A DNA stretch of 61,880 nucleotides, filler included, from Tortispora ganteri (taxonomy: Eukaryota): NCBI GenBank assembly GCA_003707115.1. It is 3 parts of 3 records of this genome, joined end to end, with 100 filler letters (N's around TTAATTAATTAA, not from the genome) between each part and the next. Parts side by side here need not be neighbours in the genome. Positions count along the whole stretch, not along the records: positions 1 to 23,144 come from PPNB01000044.1; 2 more parts are not named here. The stretch is one strand, 5' to 3'. A program made the position numbers and the translations under genes. This document shows positions 11,864-22,091 of this stretch, piece by piece (within the stretch, counting starts at the first letter, position 1; each line of letters opens with the position of its first letter). Under the pieces are notes generated by a model. That model worked only from the letters and a program-made list of their open reading frames with translations, was not told where the DNA came from and did not search any database.

Positions 11864-14545
11864 ATGACTACCTTACGTCCTGCAAGGCCCTCATCAGTCG
11901 ATTTGCCTGTCAAATCATACACCGTCACTAAGGACAGACCAGTAATGGTTTCTGCATCGCCAGTTACATTGACATACCGCGACCTCGCATCAATATTGCC
12001 ACGATTCACCACTAAATCTGGTCTCACGCAAGCGAATATACTTCGCACATCGCTCTTACCTTTCTTAAGATCAGCTGCTCATCCACACGACTTCTCATCG
12101 CAGGCTGAACTCCTTCATTGCATTACAATCTTCTATAACTGGTGGACAGAAATACTGCACTCACTAAACGATTCTAAATCACACTCAAATCATGTAATCA
12201 CCTCTTCTGATCGCTTTGCATATCTGGAGGCATTATCCGGCTTAATGTCGCGCCCAGAGTGGTTCAACCCACTCGACACGTCCGGCAAAGCCTTTGCAAC
12301 CTATTCTAAAGCATTGTTAGCCACTGCAAATTTCGTCATGCCAAAATCACAAATAAAAGTATCTTTACCACTAGCTGCATTTTCAGGTAAAGTACTCGCA
12401 TACTGCTACTTTTACGTCGACGGCTTTGCCAGCGAGTTCATCTCCAAACTAGGCATATCTATGCGTGAAATCTCCACAACTCTCAACACATTAGTGGACC
12501 CTGCCAAATTTGAATCTGCTGTCTCTGAGTCTAAGGAATACGCCTTGTTAGATTTTCATGTGTCTATGTGTGGCTCTGCAACCCTTCCGGCGAAAACAGG
12601 TTCACGTAAAGCCAACGTCTTGCAATCATTGGCATCTGAATGGGTCCCTAATTTTAACGCTCTTCATTCCGGAATAATGTTTTCTTTTTTTAGGCATACT
12701 TTTTCATTGGCTGCCGAGCATGTTTATACTGTCGGTGCGGACATCGAAATGCTGAGCATGGAACATCTCGTTGCATGTCCTGGAATGCTCCCTGTTTTGA
12801 CATTGCTGCTCAAAACGTTATCCCGCATCGCATATAACTCATCAATGAAACCATTTATCTCATCAACGTGCTCTTCGACTGAAACCTCATCTAAAGGTTC
12901 TCCACATCCTCATGATTCTGACCTTTACAGACGCAAGGGCTTTGTTAAATATCTGGAACTCATGAAGGAGATACTGTACTCAGATGAAGGATGTGTCCCC
13001 TTGTTTTCCTTGTTTATCAAACTTTTTGATAAAATGTTGTCATCAATAGTGTCACTTACTAATGTTTTTGAAACTGAAAATATTAACACAATATGCGATT
13101 TCTCGGAAGAATACCTTGCCTGTATGCACCTGGGCCCTGACTACCCGGAAACTGTCTCCTGGCACTTTTGGCTGCAAGTATTCGAGAGGCTCTTTTCTGT
13201 ATCTAACGTGGTATGTGAAGTTCGAGGTCTTGCCCTTCTGATGAATATATGGCAATACCTTCCTTCTTACTCAGACGAACACTATGAAGATGAATCGCAT
13301 GAATTATGCGCTCGAGAAATGTTTACAAAATGGATATTATCACCTGAAATATGGACTAAGTTTTTTTGTCACTGGTGTCCTCTTGTCCGTGCCTATTATT
13401 GCAGACTAATCTGCTGGCGGGTTATTGGCATGTCTACAATATCAGAAGCAAGGACAGAAGGAGACATAAAAGCGCAAAAACTTGTTCTTTCAAGGCTGAA
13501 GTATAGTCGAGATGCTTTCTTTCGCATATATGACTCAGATACTTCGTATTCTAGTATTTTACCGGGCGGATCAAAATTTCCTGTTCCTAATCGCAGACTT
13601 ACGATCATCTACCTGGACGCATCCCGTGAATCTTCGTACGCTGGGACATTTCTCAGATTCGCGCGAGCAAACGTTCCGTCAATGCAAATGAATGGTGTTG
13701 CCCGAGTTAGTTCATTTGACGTGTTTGACGAATCGATGTATGTTGCTGATTATGTTCCTGATATTACTACTAGTGTTCCTCAAAAGCCAAATACGTTTGA
13801 TTCACTTTCAAAGAAAATAAAAAGCTTGAAGATTAAGCTTAGCGGTACAGGTAATGGTGAATTGAAGAATAATACTCCACAGGAAGATCAGCAAGAACTT
13901 GGATCTGGAGATAGTTCGCCTTATGTTCCACCTTCTTTAATTTCTGATTCAGGATCGTCGTCTGAAAACACTGGTGCCTCATCTACGACTTCTACGAGAC
14001 GTAATTCATTTGATAGTGAATTTCGTCTCTCTATAAGGCCGCAAATAGTAAAACGACTTAAGAGTTTGAGCCGAAACTATTATGCACGCAACATGCAACC
14101 GAGTTTATTAGGATCGTCTGTGCCACAGTTCAAACTGAGCTTAGAAATTACTGAAAGGGTTCGAGCTACAAGCATGCCGTGTAACAGCTTGACTGTAGGC
14201 ATGGTGTGGCATGTACAGCCTCGGCTTTCGTTTCTACCTGCTGGTAAGGTTTCAGACAGCATGTTTATGTCTGGTCTTGAAATTAGCCTGAATGGCGACA
14301 AGAAAACTGCTGTTGATTTCGAGGATTCAGATTTTTCGGGTATGAATTCAAGACCTGGATCCAAGGATATTTGCTGGAAGTACGCTGGTTGGTCTATATT
14401 AGAGTGGATGTACACTGTTGAGCAGTTTGAGAAGTTTGTGAATTATCGTCGAAAGAAAGAGGGCATTACAAGTGCAGAAGACATAGGTGCGCCATATATG
14501 AAATATGAAGGCACCAGTAAGACTGCACGGGACATAATAGATTAA
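11864..14545 (+). CDS. DUF1765/UPF0592 family protein (YDL073W-like)
   Basis: LRTSLLPFLR, AFSGKVLAYCYFY, FFCHWCPLVRAYYCRLICWR; first ATG at 11864. Confidence 0.7.
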   Translation: MTTLRPARPSSVDLPVKSYTVTKDRPVMVSASPVTLTYRDLASILPRFTTKSGLTQANILRTSLLPFLRSAAHPHDFSSQAELLHCITIFYNWWTEILHSLNDSKSHSNHVITSSDRFAYLEALSGLMSRPEWFNPLDTSGKAFATYSKALLATANFVMPKSQIKVSLPLAAFSGKVLAYCYFYVDGFASEFISKLGISMREISTTLNTLVDPAKFESAVSESKEYALLDFHVSMCGSATLPAKTGSRKANVLQSLASEWVPNFNALHSGIMFSFFRHTFSLAAEHVYTVGADIEMLSMEHLVACPGMLPVLTLLLKTLSRIAYNSSMKPFISSTCSSTETSSKGSPHPHDSDLYRRKGFVKYLELMKEILYSDEGCVPLFSLFIKLFDKMLSSIVSLTNVFETENINTICDFSEEYLACMHLGPDYPETVSWHFWLQVFERLFSVSNVVCEVRGLALLMNIWQYLPSYSDEHYEDESHELCAREMFTKWILSPEIWTKFFCHWCPLVRAYYCRLICWRVIGMSTISEARTEGDIKAQKLVLSRLKYSRDAFFRIYDSDTSYSSILPGGSKFPVPNRRLTIIYLDASRESSYAGTFLRFARANVPSMQMNGVARVSSFDVFDESMYVADYVPDITTSVPQKPNTFDSLSKKIKSLKIKLSGTGNGELKNNTPQEDQQELGSGDSSPYVPPSLISDSGSSSENTGASSTTSTRRNSFDSEFRLSIRPQIVKRLKSLSRNYYARNMQPSLLGSSVPQFKLSLEITERVRATSMPCNSLTVGMVWHVQPRLSFLPAGKVSDSMFMSGLEISLNGDKKTAVDFEDSDFSGMNSRPGSKDICWKYAGWSILEWMYTVEQFEKFVNYRRKKEGITSAEDIGAPYMKYEGTSKTARDIID

Positions 14546-14571
14546 AAATCCAAGTTGCATGGCAGTTGATG

Positions 14572-15426
14572 TCATGAAGAATTGATGATTTTGGAGATAA
14601 TTTGCTGACACGTAGAATCGCGATATGATTCCCAGGAATGGTATAGCGAAAGTAATTGTTGTACGCAATTAGAAATAGCAGAAAGGTCAGCGCCGCATCG
14701 TGCCAACCAGTCTGCAAGGTTTGCCATACGTGAGCCGGAGACGGTAGTGTCGGAGACGGAGCCTCTTGGGGCTTTTGTGAGCACTGCAATAAAGAGAGCG
14801 GCTAGCGCAATAATATGTGGTGGGTATAATAGAGGTAAGTCTGTGATATAAGAGTCATTGAGAACAGACCAAGCACAGCTCATCTCGTCAGGAAGGATGA
14901 TGAGCTGTCCTTGGTATATCTCGGACATTGAACGAGAGAACTGTTTAAGCGATCGGTATGGCTGATGTACTATAAGGCACATTCCCATCTCTTCGATGAG
15001 ATAGAACTCACATTGTCCTATTATTGCAGAGTCAGAAGACACACAATCCGGCCACAGGGTACGGGCTTCTGCGGTTATACTGCGTATGTGCTGGGGGTAC
15101 TCTTCTATCTTGCAGGCCAGATAGAGGCATGCAGTGACTATAGCGTATGGGTTTGTTTCTTTGACAGATGACTTGGCGTAGAATCTTGCAAGGTATAGTT
15201 CTGCGGTTGCGAGGATCTGCTGCCTGCAGCTGAGCCTGTGTCCGAGCTTCGCGAGAAGTCCGTGAAGGAAGATACGGATATGTGTGGGATCGCCAAGGTC
15301 TATGTTTGCGTTCGGATGTTTTGAAAGACGTAGCCGCTCTTCTGTGGCGTGTCTCCATTGACTGAGACATTCAGGAGAAACCTGCCAGTGTTTTCTCTGC
15401 GTAGATTCCCAGTAGTTAGCAGCCAT
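14572..15426 (-). CDS. SSN8: cyclin C (Mediator kinase module)
   Basis: MAANYWESTQRKHW, RQQILATA, CLYLACKIEEYPQHI, LLYPPHIIALA. Confidence 0.95.
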   Translation of the reverse strand: MAANYWESTQRKHWQVSPECLSQWRHATEERLRLSKHPNANIDLGDPTHIRIFLHGLLAKLGHRLSCRQQILATAELYLARFYAKSSVKETNPYAIVTACLYLACKIEEYPQHIRSITAEARTLWPDCVSSDSAIIGQCEFYLIEEMGMCLIVHQPYRSLKQFSRSMSEIYQGQLIILPDEMSCAWSVLNDSYITDLPLLYPPHIIALAALFIAVLTKAPRGSVSDTTVSGSRMANLADWLARCGADLSAISNCVQQLLSLYHSWESYRDSTCQQIISKIINSS

Positions 15427-15574
15427 GAGGAGTAATACATGTAAGGTCGCGGAGAGGAGTCAGTTTGGAGTATGTGTATTGACCAATCACAAGTAACGAA
15501 AGCCGCCCATTGCACCACACACCGCCTATACTGTTACCTTTTTTTCTCTTTTGATTTGCGACGTCAACAAAACC

Positions 15575-17155
15575 ATGTCTTCTGATGAAGACGGAGACAA
15601 AAGCAGTAAACCGCTAACCGATAGTCGGATTCGGTTATTTTTTAAGCTGTTTGATCAAGACGGAACTGGTGTGCTGCAAAAAGAAGACATTAAGCATGGT
15701 CTTGACCAACTGCAAATCGCAGAGAACTATGACTCGGAAAGTCTGGATCAGCTAGCTAACGCGATCTACAACTCGGCATTGCCGGATCCTGGATTGCAGT
15801 CGTTTAATTTTGACGTATTTTATTCATTTATGAAAAAATCAGAGACCCGTTTAAGTCTCTTATTTACACAAATTGACACTGATTTAGATGGGTTTATTAC
15901 ATACGAAGAGCTTAAAAATGCGCTCGAGCAGCAATGCGATCTTGATATCGACGACCAGAAATTCTCTAGATTTTTTGAAGCAATGGATAAGAATAATGAT
16001 CATAGAATCAGTTTTGATGAGTTCTGCGACGCGCTTATCTTCCTGCCCCTCATAGAGAAGCCACTCTTCACGCTGTACCAGCATTTTGTCGATTCCTTAG
16101 ATCTTTCTGCTGAAGGCGACGTGGTATTCTCTGATGATACGCTTCATGGGATCGGCTATTTCATAGCGGGAGGAATGGCTGGTGTTGTTTCTCGTACCGC
16201 CACTGCGCCCTTTGATCGCATAAAAGTTTTTCTAATAGCCCAAACGTCCACTCCTGTTTCGCACGGCAAGTCTGTGAAACTAAATTCTGCCGTCGTCAAG
16301 CCTCTCATTAAAGGCTCACAAATAACAGCTGAACAAATTCAGCAGCACCTCGCGCGTGCCAAAAGCAAACCCGGCGGCAGCCAGATCCTCACAGCAATCG
16401 AGATCCTATACAAGCAAGGCGGCCTTAAATCCTTCTATGTGGGCAACGGCCTCAATATCATCAAAGTTGTTCCTGAATCAGCAATTAAATTTGGCACATT
16501 TGAAGCCACTAAACGTGTTTTTGTTGCCCTGGAAGGTTATGAAGACGTGGCTGATCTGAGCCGATTAGCTACCTTCGCTGCGGGTGGAATTGCTGGAGCA
16601 GTTTCCCAATTTGCTGTATACCCAATTGATACTCTAAAATTTAGAGTACAATGCGAAACGCGATCTAATCAGAAAGATTCTTTAATATGGAACACGGCGA
16701 AGAACATGTGGCGTACAGGCGGTATACGCTTGTACTACCGTGGGCTCCTAGCAGGCGTGATGGGCATCTTCCCGTTTGCGGCTTTGGACCTTGGCACATT
16801 TGAGGCGATGAAACGCGCATATGCGAGTTCTCAAGCTTTACAGCTCGGTATTGACCCGTCTGATATACAGCTATCGAATATTGTGGTCTTGTCGATGGGC
16901 GCCTTCAGCGGTAGCGTCGGCGCTACTGCAGTATACCCGATCAACTTGCTGCGGACTAGGTTGCAAGCACAGGGAACCCGCGGACATCCATATACATACA
17001 GTGGGTTTTTTGACGTATACAAGAAGACTATTATGCGAGAAGGTTGGCGCGGTCTATTCCGTGGACTTGCGCCGAACCTCGCCAAGGTTGCTCCGGCTGT
17101 CAGCATAAGCTACCTGGTGTATGAGAACTCGAAGCGATTAATGAAACTTGAATAA
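15575..17155 (+). CDS. SAL1: Ca2+-binding mitochondrial ATP-Mg/Pi carrier
   Basis: EF hands (DQDGTG, DTDLDG, DKNNDH) plus three carrier repeats (PFDRIK, PIDTLK, PINLLR); ATG 15575. Confidence 0.93.
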   Translation: MSSDEDGDKSSKPLTDSRIRLFFKLFDQDGTGVLQKEDIKHGLDQLQIAENYDSESLDQLANAIYNSALPDPGLQSFNFDVFYSFMKKSETRLSLLFTQIDTDLDGFITYEELKNALEQQCDLDIDDQKFSRFFEAMDKNNDHRISFDEFCDALIFLPLIEKPLFTLYQHFVDSLDLSAEGDVVFSDDTLHGIGYFIAGGMAGVVSRTATAPFDRIKVFLIAQTSTPVSHGKSVKLNSAVVKPLIKGSQITAEQIQQHLARAKSKPGGSQILTAIEILYKQGGLKSFYVGNGLNIIKVVPESAIKFGTFEATKRVFVALEGYEDVADLSRLATFAAGGIAGAVSQFAVYPIDTLKFRVQCETRSNQKDSLIWNTAKNMWRTGGIRLYYRGLLAGVMGIFPFAALDLGTFEAMKRAYASSQALQLGIDPSDIQLSNIVVLSMGAFSGSVGATAVYPINLLRTRLQAQGTRGHPYTYSGFFDVYKKTIMREGWRGLFRGLAPNLAKVAPAVSISYLVYENSKRLMKLE

Positions 17156-17186
17156 TGACTATTAACATTAAAGAAACGATATAAAA

Positions 17187-17774
17187 TCATGATTTTACCT
17201 CATTAAATAGGTCAAATATCAGTGGTCCAATAGCACATGATCTAATAGCTGTGATTGTAGATACGGCAGTTAATTCAGCCGCAGATGTTATCCAGTTGTT
17301 TGTGCCATACTCACCTTTATATGAATACGGCATTTTAGTTACAGTGTCTTTAAGTTCGATAATGAATGTGAAGGCGCTATCTGGTGGAGCAGAGAGGGAT
17401 GCTGATCCAAATAGCCGCACTAGTACTGCACGGTATCCTTGATCGAAGTCGCTCATTGTCCAGTGAAGAGCATCATCATTATAAAGATGACGTATATCAA
17501 AAACGTATTGTTCGATCACAGTATCGCAAGAGTCTATAATTGCTACAGAGACAGTCTTGACGTTGCCTGTGGCAATCTGGTCATGGATCTCTGCGCAGCT
17601 ATTACGGATCCATTCACAGAGTCCGCTGTGACGACTACGACGCACTGCATACTGATACCTTCGCTCCAATAAAAACGTATCGCGCGGGTATACTTCTGCA
17701 ATATAAAGGATTTGATGGGTAGCGATCTCAAGAAACGTCGAGAACGATTTCAAGAGATCTTCGCCCGTAACCAT
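17187..17774 (-). CDS. REV7: HORMA-domain DNA polymerase zeta subunit
   Basis: FLEIATHQILYIAEVYPRDTF, SRHSGLCEWI, EQYVFD; probable ATG 17774. Confidence 0.85.
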   Translation of the reverse strand: MVTGEDLLKSFSTFLEIATHQILYIAEVYPRDTFLLERRYQYAVRRSRHSGLCEWIRNSCAEIHDQIATGNVKTVSVAIIDSCDTVIEQYVFDIRHLYNDDALHWTMSDFDQGYRAVLVRLFGSASLSAPPDSAFTFIIELKDTVTKMPYSYKGEYGTNNWITSAAELTAVSTITAIRSCAIGPLIFDLFNEVKS

Positions 17775-17873
17775 GGGAAGAAGTTTAAGTTGAAAAGACC
17801 CTGGATAAAACACGTTGTTCATTTAGGTGTAGTAGTTACTTACTTACTTAGTTTTCGTCTTTACTTTTTTTAA

Positions 17874-18974
<1,101 letters not shown>

Positions 18975-19016
18975 AGCGTCTTACCTAGAACCTTTCCCTC
19001 CGTTTTAGCTTTTGCT

Positions 19017-19628
19017 CTACTTTTTATTATAGAATAATTCAGATGCAGTCATAACGTAGTCCAACGGTTCATCGTGCTCGTCCACTGGCACTAGACCTAT
19101 TTGTTCGTCTGCAGCAATCCCTACAAGCACCGGCCGCTTCTTCTGCGTCTTCTCGTGGTGCTTGATATAAGCATCATAAAACCCTTTTCCATGACCCAGT
19201 CGCTTGCAGTCTTTCGAGAATGCCACTCCCGGCACTAGTATCATGTCAAGCCCGCCAACCGCCAATGCGTCTGGTCCTTCTTTTGGTTCGCGGATCTGGA
19301 ACGGGCCAACAGGCTTCAGCAACGCAACTTCATCTCGAGACGTCTGTATCATTCTAAGTATTTGTTTTTGCGCTTCAAACTGCCTTTCAGATTCCTTAAT
19401 CGTGTCAATTCGTGGTAAAAATACAAATTTGTTGTCATTGTAAAGCTTGTCCAGCAACGCTGTCGTCGGCAGTTCCTGGTGCATATGCATATAGCACGCT
19501 ATATTACGCGATCCAGCGTATTCTGGTATTAAATCTAGTTTCTCAGCAAGTGCCTCCCCTTGTTCATCAAGAACAAGGCCTTTTAGTTTGTTTATAAACT
19601 CTTTGCGTGCCGCTTTCTTGAGACTCAT
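19017..19628 (-). CDS. FAU1: 5-formyltetrahydrofolate cyclo-ligase
   Basis: LDMILVPGVAFS, RLGHGKGFYD, HDEPLD. Confidence 0.92.
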   Translation of the reverse strand: MSLKKAARKEFINKLKGLVLDEQGEALAEKLDLIPEYAGSRNIACYMHMHQELPTTALLDKLYNDNKFVFLPRIDTIKESERQFEAQKQILRMIQTSRDEVALLKPVGPFQIREPKEGPDALAVGGLDMILVPGVAFSKDCKRLGHGKGFYDAYIKHHEKTQKKRPVLVGIAADEQIGLVPVDEHDEPLDYVMTASELFYNKK

Positions 19629-19678
19629 CAGGAAAGCTGGATTGTCGCAACAAATGCTGACTTGTAATAATTAAGCTT

Positions 19679-20443
19679 TTAAAAACCTGCCCATTCAATC
19701 GAAAAAACATTCATCGCATCTTCTGTCTCGTCGTAGCCTCCTAAGACCCACACTTTTTTAACTACAGTACCAAGACGGCCTCCAGATACAATATCCAGCA
19801 GATCAATTGGCTCGTCTACTCCTATCTCGTTGACAATCAAATGGCTGTGGAAACGCAATGAGTCTCCCGGATACGCTAAATACCTGCCTCCAAACCTTAA
19901 ACCAGGCGTAATGTAGTAGTTGCGATCTTGTAAATATGCATACAGCTTCTGAATATTTAGTGAAATATTGTCAAATACTGAATCATCTGCATGGATTTTA
20001 TGCAATCCAGGAGTCTCAAGCAGTGTCGTAGTCGGTACAGGCTGCTTGTCGAAGGACTGTCCCACCTGATCAGGATTGAGCTCTCGGCCATGAAGAGCAG
20101 CATTAGCGACAGCTCGACGAACATACAATTCTTTCCTGCTGCACTGCATGTCTTCTGTTTTAGATTCAAACGCCTTTAAAATTTTCGTCTTCAGTTCGTA
20201 ATTTCGATTTAGCTGCTGATGAGATTTTTTCGCACTCACTATATACGCGATCTCGCGGTCAACTAGGTACTTCGCCTGCTCTGGCATCAGCTGCAACGGC
20301 AGTCCTAGAAAAACAGACTGCTGCGGAAATGCAGGTAGCGTTCCCGTTAGCGTTCCAAGAATTTTATGGTTCTCTCTAAGATACTTTAAGTCGTCTACAT
20401 TAAAAATGAAAAAATTGGAGCCTATCGCCTGAATAGGTATCAT
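19679..20443 (-). CDS. SEN34: tRNA-splicing endonuclease subunit Sen34
   Basis: LGLPLQLMPE, PGLRFGGRYLAYPGDSLRFHSH, GRLGTVVKK, SIEWAGF. Confidence 0.93.
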   Translation of the reverse strand: MIPIQAIGSNFFIFNVDDLKYLRENHKILGTLTGTLPAFPQQSVFLGLPLQLMPEQAKYLVDREIAYIVSAKKSHQQLNRNYELKTKILKAFESKTEDMQCSRKELYVRRAVANAALHGRELNPDQVGQSFDKQPVPTTTLLETPGLHKIHADDSVFDNISLNIQKLYAYLQDRNYYITPGLRFGGRYLAYPGDSLRFHSHLIVNEIGVDEPIDLLDIVSGGRLGTVVKKVWVLGGYDETEDAMNVFSIEWAGF

Positions 20444-20449
20444 AGTAAC

Positions 20450-20621
20450 CTAGAAAATACCCGTTAGAGTTGCTCGTGTTTTACACGTGAACTGTATAAG
20501 GCTTTGTTCCTATCATAGGATCACAATCATCATTATATATCAGTGGATTGACAGATTGTGAAATTTTTATGATTATAATCATACAGGAATGTCCCTTCAG
20601 TTCCAGAAAATAGTAGCTTAC
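20450..20621 (-). other. 5'-leader intron 2 of SEN34 (172 nt), snoRNA host
   Basis: GTAAGC at 20621, branch CTCTAAC 20469-20463, TAG ending at 20450, 6 nt before the SEN34 ATG. Confidence 0.75.
20507..20589 (-). ncRNA. box C/D snoRNA, guide for 18S GGAUUGACAGAUUG (snoR14/SNORD110-like site)
   Basis: C ATGATTA 20582-76, 14-nt guide 20558-45, D' CTGA 20543-40, C' ATGATGA 20533-27, D ATGA 20516-13, terminal stem TTCCTG/TAGGAA. Confidence 0.85.
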
Positions 20622-20785
20622 CTAAAAATGAACGTTAGTTTTCACTATTGCAAAAAAGAATGGCAAAACAAAAGGACTAGGTCAGTGCTTCTTAGAGGTT
20701 TATATTTCAAAATCATTCTAGATCATAGATTGTTCACAAACCATCATTCCGAGTCCAAATTGCTGTTACAAGAAAATCTGCTTAC
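20622..20785 (-). other. 5'-leader intron 1 of SEN34 (164 nt), snoRNA host
   Basis: AAAAG|GTAAGC at 20785, branch AACTAAC 20640-34, TTTTTAG ending at 20622. Confidence 0.75.
20674..20756 (-). ncRNA. dual-guide box C/D snoRNA: 25S Um2921-equivalent (snR52-like) and 18S CUUCUUAGAGG site (U61-like)
   Basis: stem GGACT/AGTCC; C ATGATGG 20747-41; guide GTGAACAATC 20737-28 with D' ATGA; C' ATGATTT; guide CCTCTAAGAAGC 20698-87 with D CTGA 20685-82. Confidence 0.88.
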
Positions 20786-21122
20786 CTTTTCGCGCTAGTT
20801 ATTAGTGAGAAAAAATTTCTTGGAAGGTGATGGGGAAAAAAAGATGTGAGGGGAGGAAATTGTTTGGGAGGAAGATGCGATGCTGCAGTCTAAGATGACA
20901 AAAGGCAAAAATGCAAGGCAATAAGGCACCAAAACAACAGCGCGCTGTAATGCGCTAAAATAACACTCTCTACACCTTGACTCATAGATGACAGTGTCGG
21001 CTCAAATTAACAATGTTTTAGAAGAGAGTAGAGGCATGAAGTAAGGAAGTGGAGCTGCGGCAGAAGTCGAGTGTGTATGTGATTCCGCAGAAGAAAGACG
21101 CTGATCGGTCAGAGCACTATCT

Positions 21123-22091
21123 CTAGAGGAAATAATCCGGTGTGCGACGAGATACTGAAGGCTCGCCAGCGCGTGGAGAAGGATCAAATTGTAGGAAAGT
21201 GTATTTGAGATCTTCATCAATTTCCATGATAGCTGCCTGGTTGCCACATCTGTAACAGTAATTAGGTGCTGAAAATATAGTAACGACCTGGTTGTCCTGA
21301 GACCATGAATATCCTTCCATGACCAGTTGATGAGCTCGAGCGACCAATGATAGATTGTTATTATGATTGAACGCTTCTGAGATATCTTGCCCAAAAGTGT
21401 AGCCCGCGCCTCTGGGAGAAATACCCCAACCGGATCGCTCGTCGGGGTCAGACCACAATAAATCGCACATCGCGCCTTCGTGTGGTACTTCCTGGACTCT
21501 ATCCAGGTCTCTGACATTATCTAGAGTATCTATAGACGGGCTCAAACCGCCGTGCAAGCAGAATATCTGAGACTCAATGAGAGCGGTGAGGGGAAGGTAA
21601 TCGAATAGATCGGTAAAGTACTTCCAAACACTAGCATTGCCGTATTTGCGTAAACATTCGTCATAAAATCCGTATACTTGTGTAATTTGGCGGGACTCGT
21701 GGTTGCCCCTGAGGATGGTTAGTCTGTTCGGATATCGAATTTTCAGCGCCACTAGTAAAGTGACAGTCTCTACCGAGTAGTAGCCTCTGTCGACATAATC
21801 ACCCATGAATAGATAGTTAGTATCGGGATTAGGTCCTCCAATACGGAAAAGTTCCATTAAATCGTGGAATTGACCATGAATGTCACCACATACTGTTACA
21901 GGACAGCTAACGGGTTGCACGTTGCTCTCTTGCTCCAAAATTTCTTGAGCTTTGTTGCACAAACGCAACACGTCCGCTTCACTCAAGGGCTTGCATTGGT
22001 ACAATTGTTCAATCCAGCTATCGACGTCGCTTAACCTAATATCTTGCGCCTCCGCTGACATGGGCGGAGCGTCACTCATTGGTACGTCCAT
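21123..22091 (-). CDS. PPH21: protein phosphatase 2A catalytic subunit (PPH21/PPH22 ortholog)
   Basis: GDIHG, GDYVDRG, RGNHE, C-terminal RRTPDYFL; first ATG 22091. Confidence 0.95.
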   Translation of the reverse strand: MDVPMSDAPPMSAEAQDIRLSDVDSWIEQLYQCKPLSEADVLRLCNKAQEILEQESNVQPVSCPVTVCGDIHGQFHDLMELFRIGGPNPDTNYLFMGDYVDRGYYSVETVTLLVALKIRYPNRLTILRGNHESRQITQVYGFYDECLRKYGNASVWKYFTDLFDYLPLTALIESQIFCLHGGLSPSIDTLDNVRDLDRVQEVPHEGAMCDLLWSDPDERSGWGISPRGAGYTFGQDISEAFNHNNNLSLVARAHQLVMEGYSWSQDNQVVTIFSAPNYCYRCGNQAAIMEIDEDLKYTFLQFDPSPRAGEPSVSRRTPDYFL

